Source: a virus. Taken from it: 56,829 nt of DNA. The notes beneath the pieces were generated by a model. The model was not told where the DNA came from, did not search any database, and worked only from the letters and a program-made list of their open reading frames with translations. This document shows, one piece after another, positions 33,614 to 42,977 of the stretch. The DNA lies in the IMG/VR virus record IMGVR_UViG_3300036944_000909. One strand, given 5' to 3'. Position numbers and translations under genes: made by a program. The stretch's first letter is position 1, and every line of letters starts with the position of its first letter.

Positions 33614-35871
33614 GACGCAGTCGTCACCGCCAGGCCCAGAACAGTCGCCGGCCCAACGCCCTCCAGACGCACACAGACGCGCGCATCGTTTGTCCACGAG
33701 CCCGACAGCGGGAAATCCACGTCCTCGCTGTAGACCGGCAGGACGCTGTCATAGGTCGCATCCTCGCGGCTGCGATCATCCAGCGTGCTCATCTCGGTGA
33801 AGTCCTGGCCCCAGCTCACACCGCCGCCGACCGTGTTGTGCAGCACAAGGCCCAGCCGCTCGATCTTCTTCGACTTCGTGATGTTGGGAGCCCGAGGACC
33901 CTTGTAAAAACCCTGGTACTTCAGCCCGACAATCGCATAGGTCACGGCAAAGCTCGTCGTGATCGACCCGCCAGAAACCGTGTGCGGCCCGCTGATCCGG
34001 CCATTCCCCCAGACGTAAACGCTCTGGCCTTCCAGATGGCTGAGCCCGGTCAACGTCGAGGTCGAAGCGCCCGAATACTCAAGCGCCGCCTCAAGCCGCC
34101 ATGCCGCTGAACTGCTTGTCCAACGCTCACGCGCTTGTTTTTCCACGTATCTTACCGTGGACCCGCCAATCGTGCGGCTCACCACGCGGTAAACGTGATC
34201 TTCCGGCGTACCCGGAACCACGCAAACGCTCTCGATCTTTGCGTCCGCTCCTGTCGGATCGATCCGCGACCAGCCACCGACCTGCTCCGCCACGCTCAGA
34301 AGCATGGTGGCGCACTGGCCGTCCGATCTTACCGCATAGAGGCGCGGCTCAGGCTCGTGCTGATAGGCAAGCTCCAGAAGCGATCCTGTGCCTACTCCGG
34401 CGATATCCCGATGCAGGCGCGAGAGGTTGACCAGGCTGTACCCTGCCCCATCCCACACCATCAGGTTGACCTTGCGGCCCGACCTGTGAATGAACGCGGG
34501 CGAGCCATCGACCAGCGCTGCATCCGCGTCGATCGAACCGCGATCCGTCCTGATCCTCGCTCGCGCATTGTCAGGCGTCATCACCTCATCGTCCCGGCCT
34601 GCGGAGATATAGCCCTCGCCGCCACCCGTGCCGATCATCAGCCTGTCGCGCGCCTTGGCCCAGCGCGGCAGGTTCATCTGCCCCGGAATAGTCCCCGAGA
34701 TCGCCCGATCGGCTTCCGATCCGAGGTCGAAGCTCTCATAATCGTCCGACACCGACTGCCAGCGCCGGCCAGAACGCAGGAAGGAGAGGCGCCCATCAAA
34801 CAGCGCCGGGAAGCTGGGCCAGCCGAAGCGATCCGACCACGAGCCGCGCGCCCAGATCGAGGTTGCGTCCGTCGTGGAGAACGGCTCCAGCACGTCCACG
34901 GTCACAGCGTTGTCGGCATCGACCGTGAAGATCCGGCCCACGCCATCGGTGACGCCGCCCGAATAGGTCAGCTCCATAGCCGCCGTGCCACTGGTCCAGG
35001 CGGTAACCTTCAGGCGGTAGTAGACGACCTGGCCATCCAGCGCATCATTGAGCGAGGCGCTTGTGGCGCTCGTCACCGTGGTCACGTCGGCCCAGTTTGT
35101 CTCGCCCCCTACCGATCGCTGCAGCGTCACCGACGCTACAAACGTTCCGCTGATCGTGTAGTAGAACGTCCGAACCGCAGCGCCCGTGCCAGACACCCGG
35201 ATCGCGTCGCTCGTGACGTTGAGCGCATTACCCGAGGCCGTCTCATATTGCCCGTTCTGCGTCAGCCGGATCAGCGAGCCCGCATCCGTCGCCTTGAACA
35301 CAGGCCCCGACGCCGTAATGACTGACGTTCCGGTCCGCGCACTTGGCGTCAGGGTGATGCCTGAAATCTCGTTGCTTTCGAACGGCCCGTCCTTGGGCTG
35401 GAACAGGCGCAGGCCCCACGAAGCCGTCCCGAACCGCGCCAGCACGCGAGGCTTTGTCCGTCCGTCAGCCAGCCACATCACGTTGAGGCTCTGCTCCGAC
35501 CGGATCGATCGCAGCGTGGCGCCGTCGTATGGCGTTGGTAGCGACAGAAGACCAGGCGCGACACGCTCCAGACCGCTTAGGGTCGCCTGACCTACCTCAC
35601 GAAGCTGGAACTCGAGATAGTAGGGCGAGACACCCGGCGTGAATGTGTGGACGTAATCTCCTGGCGGAAACTCGATGTCCTCGACAATCTCCTGACCGCC
35701 CGCTGTCGATCCGACCCGCAGTACCAGAGGCCGGCGCGCGACGTTGAACTTGAAGGATACCTCGGCTGTCGGCTCAGCGGTCGTGACGGACGAACGGCCA
35801 ATTGCATAATCGCCCGCCTCGCAGACGAATGCCCCGCCCGTCGCTCCCGTTGCCGTGAAGGATGATGCCAT
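33610..35871 (-). CDS. Tail tubular protein B (T7 gp12-like nozzle protein)
   Basis: 753 aa, beta-rich, downstream of the tubular A gene. Size and order match podovirus gp11/gp12. Confidence 0.65.
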   Translation of the reverse strand: MASSFTATGATGGAFVCEAGDYAIGRSSVTTAEPTAEVSFKFNVARRPLVLRVGSTAGGQEIVEDIEFPPGDYVHTFTPGVSPYYLEFQLREVGQATLSGLERVAPGLLSLPTPYDGATLRSIRSEQSLNVMWLADGRTKPRVLARFGTASWGLRLFQPKDGPFESNEISGITLTPSARTGTSVITASGPVFKATDAGSLIRLTQNGQYETASGNALNVTSDAIRVSGTGAAVRTFYYTISGTFVASVTLQRSVGGETNWADVTTVTSATSASLNDALDGQVVYYRLKVTAWTSGTAAMELTYSGGVTDGVGRIFTVDADNAVTVDVLEPFSTTDATSIWARGSWSDRFGWPSFPALFDGRLSFLRSGRRWQSVSDDYESFDLGSEADRAISGTIPGQMNLPRWAKARDRLMIGTGGGEGYISAGRDDEVMTPDNARARIRTDRGSIDADAALVDGSPAFIHRSGRKVNLMVWDGAGYSLVNLSRLHRDIAGVGTGSLLELAYQHEPEPRLYAVRSDGQCATMLLSVAEQVGGWSRIDPTGADAKIESVCVVPGTPEDHVYRVVSRTIGGSTVRYVEKQARERWTSSSAAWRLEAALEYSGASTSTLTGLSHLEGQSVYVWGNGRISGPHTVSGGSITTSFAVTYAIVGLKYQGFYKGPRAPNITKSKKIERLGLVLHNTVGGGVSWGQDFTEMSTLDDRSREDATYDSVLPVYSEDVDFPLSGSWTNDARVCVRLEGVGPATVLGLAVTTAS

Positions 35872-35886
35872 GAATCAGGGACGCCT

Positions 35887-36366
35887 TTAGTAAGCGGTGC
35901 AATACCAGTAGCCGCCCGGCAGGCCCTCACCGAACTCGATCCAGACGCAGCCCGACCCCTCAGATGGAGGCTCATACCCGCTGCCACCGTCTCCCGTGGG
36001 GGGCGGATCGCCGCCTGATGGCGCCGCCGCAGTCTCGTCCGTGAACGTCCCGACAGTGGCCGCAGCGCCCGTCAGGGTCACATAGGCGTCGTCCTGAATG
36101 AACCGGACAAGCTCGTCGCTCAACTCGAGCGCGAAGGCGTTCTCGATGGAGAACACCCAAGGCCGCAGGATCGCCACGCCATTGGATGGGGTAGCCCGCA
36201 GGAATTGCGTACCCGGCGCAAGCTCCATCGCGCCTTGTTCGATCAGGAAGACGTTCTCGAACCGCTCGCCCAGAGACGCATGGTTCTCGAAATCGACCCG
36301 CGCGAGGGCGTAGCTGTCAGCCTCGCCCAGAAAGCTGACCGTAATGCTCTTGGACTGCGTGGCCAT
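35887..36366 (-). CDS. Hypothetical virion protein (159 aa)
   Basis: Abuts the upstream stop. Lies within the tail module. Confidence 0.55.
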   Translation of the reverse strand: MATQSKSITVSFLGEADSYALARVDFENHASLGERFENVFLIEQGAMELAPGTQFLRATPSNGVAILRPWVFSIENAFALELSDELVRFIQDDAYVTLTGAAATVGTFTDETAAAPSGGDPPPTGDGGSGYEPPSEGSGCVWIEFGEGLPGGYWYCTAY

Positions 36367-36993
36367 TTAGGTGTCGTTCTCGCGACCGCCGCGCATCCCG
36401 CTGAAACGGGACACCTGCCAGCGGGACGGACCCGTAGGCCAGGCTGGCTGCTGCTGGGCGTCCCAGTTCTTCGCCACGCGCAGCATCTTCGCCTGCCACT
36501 TGTCCAGACGATCCATCGTGTTCTCGTTGCTGTCCGAGACAGGCACAACCGCATGAGCGAGAAGCGCCGCCACCAGATCAGCGAAGTGCTGCGACCACGA
36601 ACCCTCAAGCGTCAGCCATTCGGACGAGATGTACTTGAGGCAGGTCGTCGCCTCGTTCGAGCAGATGCGCCCGGCGCGGTCCTCGTACATGATCGAGGCC
36701 CCATCGGGACGCATGTTGTGCTCGCCGTTCGTGACCTTCACGATACGCCAGCAGCCAGCAGGCTTGTTGAAGCCGTAGTCCCATCCTGCCGGCGTTGGTT
36801 CAGTCGCCGTCAGGACTTCGACATCCGTGCAGAAGTTCCAGGGATGCTTTTCGAAAGCAAGCCGGACCTTCTCGTCATATCGGTCGCGGACACGCTTCAC
36901 CCACTCCTTGTTTGTGGTCGTGAGTGGCGTTGCGTCTTCCGGCTCACCGATAAGGTGAAGCGCCGAATTGAGTATGGCGCTCTTGGAAGGCAT
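36367..36993 (-). CDS. Tail tubular protein A (T7 gp11-like adaptor)
   Basis: 208 aa. N-terminus ILNSALHLIGEPEDATP...EKHPWNF resembles the gp11 family. Position matches. Confidence 0.65.
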   Translation of the reverse strand: MPSKSAILNSALHLIGEPEDATPLTTTNKEWVKRVRDRYDEKVRLAFEKHPWNFCTDVEVLTATEPTPAGWDYGFNKPAGCWRIVKVTNGEHNMRPDGASIMYEDRAGRICSNEATTCLKYISSEWLTLEGSWSQHFADLVAALLAHAVVPVSDSNENTMDRLDKWQAKMLRVAKNWDAQQQPAWPTGPSRWQVSRFSGMRGGRENDT

Positions 36994-37505
36994 CAGACAG
37001 TCTCAACCGTCTGGGCATCCGTCGATGTACGCGGGGCCTTACCTCGACGCGGGGTGGGAGGAGCAACAGCCAGAGACGTCGCCTCCTTGTCCACCAGAGC
37101 GAACAGCTTGATCTCGGCTTCCTCGATCGTGGAGAAGCCGCCTTCCATCGCGACATCGCCCCTGAAGATCGTGTGCTTCGAGACGCCGCCGAAATACTTG
37201 ATGTCCCAGCCGTCAGGCAGATCAGCGCCATCGAAATGGGTGATGAAGCGCAGCGCCGTGCGGACCTGGTTGACGCCTGCCGGAATGGCCCGGACCATGA
37301 TCTCGCCGTACCAGCTCTGGTCTTCGGCAGAAATCTCGATCACGTCCCCGACCTTAAACTTGGCGGCAAGCATCCCGAAATAGTGCGGGGTCTGAACGTC
37401 CTCGGGCGTATGGCCCGGCGCAACGCGGCAGAGCCAGTAGGCGCGATGGGCGTTCTCGCGGTCGATGACAAGCGCGGACGGAACGCAGTGAACGGGGTCT
37501 GGCAT
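36993..37505 (-). CDS. Hypothetical virion-module protein (170 aa)
   Basis: TGATG overlap with the downstream gene. Confidence 0.6.
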   Translation of the reverse strand: MPDPVHCVPSALVIDRENAHRAYWLCRVAPGHTPEDVQTPHYFGMLAAKFKVGDVIEISAEDQSWYGEIMVRAIPAGVNQVRTALRFITHFDGADLPDGWDIKYFGGVSKHTIFRGDVAMEGGFSTIEEAEIKLFALVDKEATSLAVAPPTPRRGKAPRTSTDAQTVETV

Positions 37506-37564
37506 TGGTTGTCCTTAAAGTTGTGGCGGGGAGCCGAAGCCCCCCGCCAGCCATAGAGGTTCGG

Positions 37565-37912
37565 TCAGGTATTGGTAATCGTAATTGCGAGGCCGTCCGT
37601 GAGGTCGGCTGCGCCGGCAGTCGAGATGCCGATCACGTTGTGGATCGTCGTGGCGACGAGGACGTTGGCCGTAGCCGCTGCCGTCAGCTTTTCAGCCGTG
37701 GTTGCGGGAATGGCCGTGGTCCAGCGACGGACGATGACGATGTCGCCCTTCTCCATGCCGCGCCCACCGAGGACGGACGCGCCAGCATCGGAGATGTAGC
37801 CCGCCGCATAGACGGTCGCGATGGCGTCCACGGTGTCGTAAACCCACACCTGTAGGCCAACCGCACCGCCGCCAGTGGCGACGCAGTGCAGGTCTTTTGC
37901 AATATAAGCCAT
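37565..37912 (-). CDS. Hypothetical head-associated protein (115 aa, Ala/Gly/Thr-rich)
   Basis: GGAGAA RBS. Lies immediately downstream of the capsid gene. Confidence 0.6.
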   Translation of the reverse strand: MAYIAKDLHCVATGGGAVGLQVWVYDTVDAIATVYAAGYISDAGASVLGGRGMEKGDIVIVRRWTTAIPATTAEKLTAAATANVLVATTIHNVIGISTAGAADLTDGLAITITNT

Positions 37913-37936
37913 TTTCGAGTTCTCCTGATCCGACCG

Positions 37937-38782
37937 TTACGCGAGCGCGGCGGTGTCGTTGTGGACGATCTTGATGACGCCGCGGGGCAGCGGCACGCAG
38001 GCCGCGTGCATCACGTCGAAGCGGACGCCCTCGTAGTCATCCTCTTCCGACTCAAACATATGCGGCTTGGGCTCGCCTTCGAGAAGGTGGCCGACCGCAT
38101 CGCGATGGAAGATGAAGTTGTTCGAGGTCGCCGTGCCGTTGCCGGTGAGGCCGGTGTGCGTGAACCAGTTCACACCCATCCAGTTGCGCACCTTCATCGT
38201 CCAGGCGTTGTTGTCCATAGCCGAGACCGAGGTGAAGTCCTTCGACTTGAACTCCGCGATGCGCAGCATCTGCTGAGCAAAGGCAGGAGTGACAACGCCG
38301 AACAGGTTCCCGTCGTCGGGGATGTCCTTGTTGAGCAACACGAGAAGTGCGCGCTGGATCACGGACAGGGTCGAGGCCGTCACCGTGCCGTCCGGGTGGA
38401 CGACCGAGGTGGCGTCGAGCGTCTTGATGACGAGGTTGTCGATGCCCTTGTTGATGGCGCCGCGACCGCGCTTCGACATGGCCGTGCGGGTGTTCTTGTT
38501 CGCACGGAACAGGTCGAAGTTGTCGATCTGGTACTTCTTGTGGATCTTGCGCAGCGTGGCCGAGACCTGAGACAGGCCGAGGTCCGATTTCGGAACCTTG
38601 CCGTCGCGGGTCTTCTCGACCGCTTCGTCTGCCGGATCGACGACATCGAAGAATGCCGTGCCGCCGTTAATGACGCCGTTCGCAGAGGTCGCGATCCGCA
38701 TCTTTGCGACATCGCGATCGTAGTCCATCTTGAACTCGTCCATATAAATGGAACGAAACTGGTTCGTGATCTGGTTGACCAT
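37937..38782 (-). CDS. Major capsid protein
   Basis: 281 aa directly after the scaffold gene. GGGAAAG RBS. Typical position and composition. Confidence 0.7.
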   Translation of the reverse strand: MVNQITNQFRSIYMDEFKMDYDRDVAKMRIATSANGVINGGTAFFDVVDPADEAVEKTRDGKVPKSDLGLSQVSATLRKIHKKYQIDNFDLFRANKNTRTAMSKRGRGAINKGIDNLVIKTLDATSVVHPDGTVTASTLSVIQRALLVLLNKDIPDDGNLFGVVTPAFAQQMLRIAEFKSKDFTSVSAMDNNAWTMKVRNWMGVNWFTHTGLTGNGTATSNNFIFHRDAVGHLLEGEPKPHMFESEEDDYEGVRFDVMHAACVPLPRGVIKIVHNDTAALA

Positions 38783-38823
38783 TGGTCTTTCCCATCATTT
38801 GCATGGTGGGCGATGCCGGCAAT

Positions 38824-38857
38824 AGAGCGGGTAGCCCGCAAGACGCGGGGCCGCTCT
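38824..38857 (-). promoter_or_regulatory. Compound GC-rich stem-loop between the scaffold and capsid genes
   Basis: AGAGCGG gtag CCCGC aagac GCGGG g CCGCTCT gives 7+5 bp of pairing with no T tract. Possible processing/stability or attenuating element. Confidence 0.35.
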
Positions 38858-38955
38858 CGTCGCCTTGGATGAGGCGCAGGGCCGACTGGGTCGGGTAACC
38901 TGCGGAGCTTCGCGCGGGCCGATCGCCGGAAAGGCGCCGCGCCGGGCTCTAGGAC

Positions 38956-39888
38956 TTAGCTGATGCTGTCCAATTTCGTGATGATCGCTTCAAGCTCGCC
39001 ACCAGGGCCAGCAAGGCGGTTGTACTCCTTGACCTCGTCGGGATTGCCGTAGGCCAGCTTCATGATCTCGTTCTTGCGTTCCTTGAGGCTCGAGGGCGTG
39101 CCGCCCATCTGGGATGCCGCCCACAGCAGCGGGTCCTGGCCGGCAAGGCGTCCTGCCTGCATCATCGCCTTCACGAACAGCGGATTGTCTCCGAGCAGCG
39201 AGCCATCAGCCAGTTGCACCGAGCTAAGCTCACCCGCGTCACGGCCTGCCAGCGCCGTCAGGCCCTGAGAGGTGAACTGAAGGTTCGGCTTGAACTCATT
39301 GCCCCATTCGGCCTTGAGCGCCTGCTCGGCCCTCATCTTGGCTTCCTGCGCCGATGCGACGAGGCCTGCCTGCGCGTTCTCGCGCATCTCGACGTAAAGC
39401 TCTTGCGCTGCCTTCACCACGTCGGGGGATGCCGCAAAGCCGCCCTTGCCGTGGAGATATTCCGTGATGCTCTTCAGTTGTGCCTGGTCGTTCTCGTCCA
39501 GCGCCACGCCCTCGGGAAGCTCCAGCTTGAACAGCTTGGCGTAGCCCTCGGGCTTGTCAGGTACGCCCAGCGCCTTGGCAAAGGATGACTTCTCCTCGTC
39601 CGTCGCTTCCTTGCCGGGCAGCTTGATGCGTCCGGATTCGTGCAGTTCGCGCTGGGTCTGCTCCAGCGAGTCGAAGAGCACGCCAGGATCGGAGAAGCGT
39701 TCCAGCCGCTTCGACAGCTTTGTGGCAGCAGCCTCGTCACCCTTGGCGCGAGCCTCGACGATCGACTTGCGCCAGTCGGATGTCTCCTTGGTCTCGACCT
39801 TCTCCGGCGCCTTGGCTTCGACCTTCTCGACAACCTTGGTCTCGGTCGTTTCCACGACTTCAGGTCTCGCGATCGTTTCCGTCGTCAT
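38956..39888 (-). CDS. Scaffolding protein
   Basis: 310 aa, acidic, helical, Lys/Glu/Ala-rich. GGAGA RBS. Lies between the portal block and the capsid gene. Confidence 0.6.
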   Translation of the reverse strand: MTTETIARPEVVETTETKVVEKVEAKAPEKVETKETSDWRKSIVEARAKGDEAAATKLSKRLERFSDPGVLFDSLEQTQRELHESGRIKLPGKEATDEEKSSFAKALGVPDKPEGYAKLFKLELPEGVALDENDQAQLKSITEYLHGKGGFAASPDVVKAAQELYVEMRENAQAGLVASAQEAKMRAEQALKAEWGNEFKPNLQFTSQGLTALAGRDAGELSSVQLADGSLLGDNPLFVKAMMQAGRLAGQDPLLWAASQMGGTPSSLKERKNEIMKLAYGNPDEVKEYNRLAGPGGELEAIITKLDSIS

Positions 39889-40165
39889 TCACGTCTCCAA
39901 GATGTTTCAGGGTCCACGGGGCTTCCCCGCCGACCAGTTCGGCAACTTGTTGCCCTACGATCCTCGCCCCATCGCTCATGCCAACAGCGCGCTCACTGGC
40001 GTTAGGAAGCGGAGGCCGGCCCATCGGCTGCGTCAGCTTGAACACCCACATCAGGCAGAGCTTCTGTTGCCCGCCAGACGCATCACCACGCGCCAGGGCC
40101 GCGAAAGCCTGGCAGACATGCTTCGGGACGTCCTCAGACCCGCCATCGCCATAGGTGAGCTTCAT
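39860..40165 (-). CDS. Hypothetical protein (101 aa)
   Basis: Fills the gap and starts 2 nt after the upstream stop. No RBS. Overlaps the scaffold start by 29 nt. Confidence 0.4.
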   Translation of the reverse strand: MKLTYGDGGSEDVPKHVCQAFAALARGDASGGQQKLCLMWVFKLTQPMGRPPLPNASERAVGMSDGARIVGQQVAELVGGEAPWTLKHLGDVNDDGNDRET

Positions 40166-40167
40166 GG

Positions 40168-40638
40168 TCAGGCGCCGTACACAACTTCGATGGAGTATGA
40201 GTCCAGCGTGGCCGTTTCAGCCCCAGTCGCCTTTTCAATCGTGATGAGGAACGCAACGACAGCCGATGTGTCGATGGCTGATGTAGACGCCGCTGCGAGC
40301 GTTTGCGTTGTCGTCGTGCCGTTGTTGCCCAGCACGAAATATCGCTGCGAAGACGCGCCGTTACGGTTGAAGACGCGGGCCTCAAAATTCCAGTTGTTCA
40401 CCGTCGTGTGAACAATGCCGAGGATTGTGGCCGCGCCGAACTTGGCCCTGAGCGTCTTGTTGTTCGCACTGTTTGTGTAGCTGCCCTCGGCAATGATCTG
40501 AATATAGCCGTTTGGACCCATAGCGCCAGCCGGAACGGACACAGTCAGGACAGTCTGCTCGGTCGTGTTTGATGCGGTTGTGACCTGAACGCCCGAAGCC
40601 GCCAAAATGCGGGAAGTCGGCCTGGTAAATATGGGCAT
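40168..40638 (-). CDS. Hypothetical virion protein (156 aa, beta-rich)
   Basis: TGATG overlap with the upstream gene. Confidence 0.6.
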   Translation of the reverse strand: MPIFTRPTSRILAASGVQVTTASNTTEQTVLTVSVPAGAMGPNGYIQIIAEGSYTNSANNKTLRAKFGAATILGIVHTTVNNWNFEARVFNRNGASSQRYFVLGNNGTTTTQTLAAASTSAIDTSAVVAFLITIEKATGAETATLDSYSIEVVYGA

Positions 40639-41024
40639 CAGGTCAGCTCCGTCACGCGAGCCGAGCCCGCACCGTCAGCCGCCCAGAGGCCTGTCAGGAT
40701 GCCTGTAAAGCCGTAGGGAACTTCGTAGTAGCCAAGCGACGGGATCTGCACCGTGTAGACCGTGGCGCTCACCGTACCCGTTCCAAGCAACAGATAGAGC
40801 GCGTTGGCGTCGTCGTTGTAGACCGTCGCGCCGTATCGCGCCGTGTTCGCGGCGAGGATGGTTTGAGCGCCGGTTGTTGAGGCAACCGACGTGGTCGTGC
40901 CGGTACTGACCGCGCCATCACCAGCCGGGTTTCCACCGCCTCCGCCCCCGGTCGTCGGGAGCGGGTAGGCTGAACTAACCGCACGCGCCGTGCCATCAGC
41001 CGCAACGAATGTGATCTGGGTCAC
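40638..41024 (-). CDS. Hypothetical virion protein (128 aa, Gly/Thr-rich)
   Basis: GTGA overlap with the portal stop. Confidence 0.6.
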   Translation of the reverse strand: MTQITFVAADGTARAVSSAYPLPTTGGGGGGNPAGDGAVSTGTTTSVASTTGAQTILAANTARYGATVYNDDANALYLLLGTGTVSATVYTVQIPSLGYYEVPYGFTGILTGLWAADGAGSARVTELT

Positions 41025-42739
41025 TGGGCCGCCCCTTCCATATCCTGCTTCAACATCCGCATGTTCTCCGGGTTGGCCTTCGCCGCCATCTCGGCAACCA
41101 TAGCCGCCTTCTCTTCAGCAGCCTGCGCCGCCTGTTGTTCCTGACGCTGCGCGCGGCGCTCTTCGACCACATCGCGCTTGCGGGTCCACTTCGTCTTGAA
41201 GTTCGCCATGCTGTCGCGGGTCACTTCGTCCATGTCGATGTGATCAGCCGCATCCGACTGCATCTCGGCCAGCGCCTGAAACTGAGCCTGGACCTCGAGC
41301 GCTTCCTGACGCCGAAGCTCAGTGAACGCCTCGGTCAACGCCGTCTGGAACTCGAACCTGGTCTTGTCGCCCTCAAGCTCTTCCGGCGCCGGCAGGAACC
41401 CGCCCCACGGATCAGCAGGGCCGTGTGCGTTGAGGATCAGCGTGAACACGCCGTCCTGCATGGTCGCATAGTCGGCTTCGATCGGCTCGAAGATGGGCGA
41501 GGCATCGCGCAGCGCATTCTTGAACCGCTGTCTGAACTCGCCCAGCGTCATTTCACGGTCAGGCATTTGCAGCATGTCGCTGAAGAACGCCTTGGCCATG
41601 TCGATGGCCTTGAACTGCACGTATTCGAGGACCGTCTTGGCTTCCCCACCGGGAACAGCCTGGATGAAATCGCCCTGCGTGGTCCGGTCGTAATCCACGT
41701 TGCGATAGAGCATCGCACCCGACTGGATGCGGACCTCACCGATGAACCCATCGTCAGGCGCAGTCAGCGCCGGATCAGCCGTGAACTCGATGCCCTTGAG
41801 CGCCGCAGCCTCGGCCGTGTTCAGCGTCTCGCCATCCGCCAGCGCCATGCCAGCAGCAGGCGACATCGCCACAACCTCGCCAGGCAGGCGCATCCAGCGG
41901 CGCACGCTGTAAGGGAAATGGTCGAGATATTCCTCGCGGAGCCCCAGTTCCTCATCCTTCACGCCCGAACCGTGGGCGATGTAGATCGAGACGAACTTGG
42001 CCGTTGCACGCGGCTTCTTCTCGCCCTCTTCGTAAGCGTAGGCATCGACCGGAGCCACGCAGCGGCGGAACTCGACCGTGTCGCCCTGACACTCAGGCTT
42101 GTCCAGCATCTCCTGCCAGGCGCGCGGCAGTTCTTCACGCTTGAACAGGCTCAGCAACTGGGACACGCGCGGCTTCATCCGCTCGTGAACCGCGTCCACA
42201 ATGCCTTCCGCGCTCTCTTCCCACGCGCAATCACGCAGGTGGACAGACGCGAAATAGACGCCGGATCGATCGCTGTTGTAGGCGTACCTGACGACCGAGT
42301 TTCCGAATATCGCGTACTGCTTGTCAGCCATCGCCATTGCGACAGTGAACATGGACTTGGCCGAATAGAGCACGTTGCGCTGACGCATCGTCGCGTCCTC
42401 GCACCATGCCTTGATGTCGTCCCGCTCCATCAGCTCTTCAGGCTGGGCGACGAGCTTGAACCACTGTTCGCCCTTGGCCCTGGTCATCGAGCCGATGCGC
42501 TCTGCCAATGTCTGGGCGAACTTCTGCGGCTTGGATGTGAACAGCCCGTCGTAGATCGTCGCCGGATCAGTCAGGTTGGTCGTGAAGCTGGCAAGCTCAG
42601 GCGCGAAGATTTCCGCCAGCTTCTGCCAGAGATGCAGCCAGCGGGTCTGCTTGCCGAATGCCGATTCACCACGATCGCGCCACTTCTTCGCACGCTTGTG
42701 CAGCCCGGATCGAGCATCGGGACCAGCATCATAAGCCAT
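41021..42739 (-). CDS. Portal (head-to-tail connector) protein, podovirus type
   Basis: 572 aa, downstream of terL. The acidic/basic C-terminal tail and overall pattern resemble T7 gp8-type connectors. Confidence 0.75.
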   Translation of the reverse strand: MAYDAGPDARSGLHKRAKKWRDRGESAFGKQTRWLHLWQKLAEIFAPELASFTTNLTDPATIYDGLFTSKPQKFAQTLAERIGSMTRAKGEQWFKLVAQPEELMERDDIKAWCEDATMRQRNVLYSAKSMFTVAMAMADKQYAIFGNSVVRYAYNSDRSGVYFASVHLRDCAWEESAEGIVDAVHERMKPRVSQLLSLFKREELPRAWQEMLDKPECQGDTVEFRRCVAPVDAYAYEEGEKKPRATAKFVSIYIAHGSGVKDEELGLREEYLDHFPYSVRRWMRLPGEVVAMSPAAGMALADGETLNTAEAAALKGIEFTADPALTAPDDGFIGEVRIQSGAMLYRNVDYDRTTQGDFIQAVPGGEAKTVLEYVQFKAIDMAKAFFSDMLQMPDREMTLGEFRQRFKNALRDASPIFEPIEADYATMQDGVFTLILNAHGPADPWGGFLPAPEELEGDKTRFEFQTALTEAFTELRRQEALEVQAQFQALAEMQSDAADHIDMDEVTRDSMANFKTKWTRKRDVVEERRAQRQEQQAAQAAEEKAAMVAEMAAKANPENMRMLKQDMEGAAQ

Positions 42740-42740
42740 A

Positions 42741-42977
42741 CTACATGCCGCCCGAGGCGATGGTCTTCACGGTCGCAGACTTGCCATAGGCGCCGCCTGC
42801 AAGCGTTGACATCCGGCCCTTGCGCTTGCGTGCAGCCTCGTCGTTCATGCGGATCTTGTCGGTAATGTCGGCGTTCTCCGGGTCGGGCAGGTCCATCGGC
42901 TTCATCGCCTGCTGCGCAAGCGTGGCGATCTGAGCGTCCGTCTGCTGGCCTGCTGTGGCCTTGGCTTTCTTCTTCAT
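42741..42977 (-). CDS. Hypothetical small basic protein (78 aa)
   Basis: ATGA overlap with the terL stop. Confidence 0.55.
   Translation of the reverse strand: MKKKAKATAGQQTDAQIATLAQQAMKPMDLPDPENADITDKIRMNDEAARKRKGRMSTLAGGAYGKSATVKTIASGGM

Noticed and set aside
38783-38955. Intrinsic terminator between the scaffold and capsid genes.
   Set aside because: A strong stem-loop exists (38824-38857) but has no following U tract on the coding (-) strand. The capsid gene must be transcribed through it, so it is listed only as a possible processing or attenuating structure.
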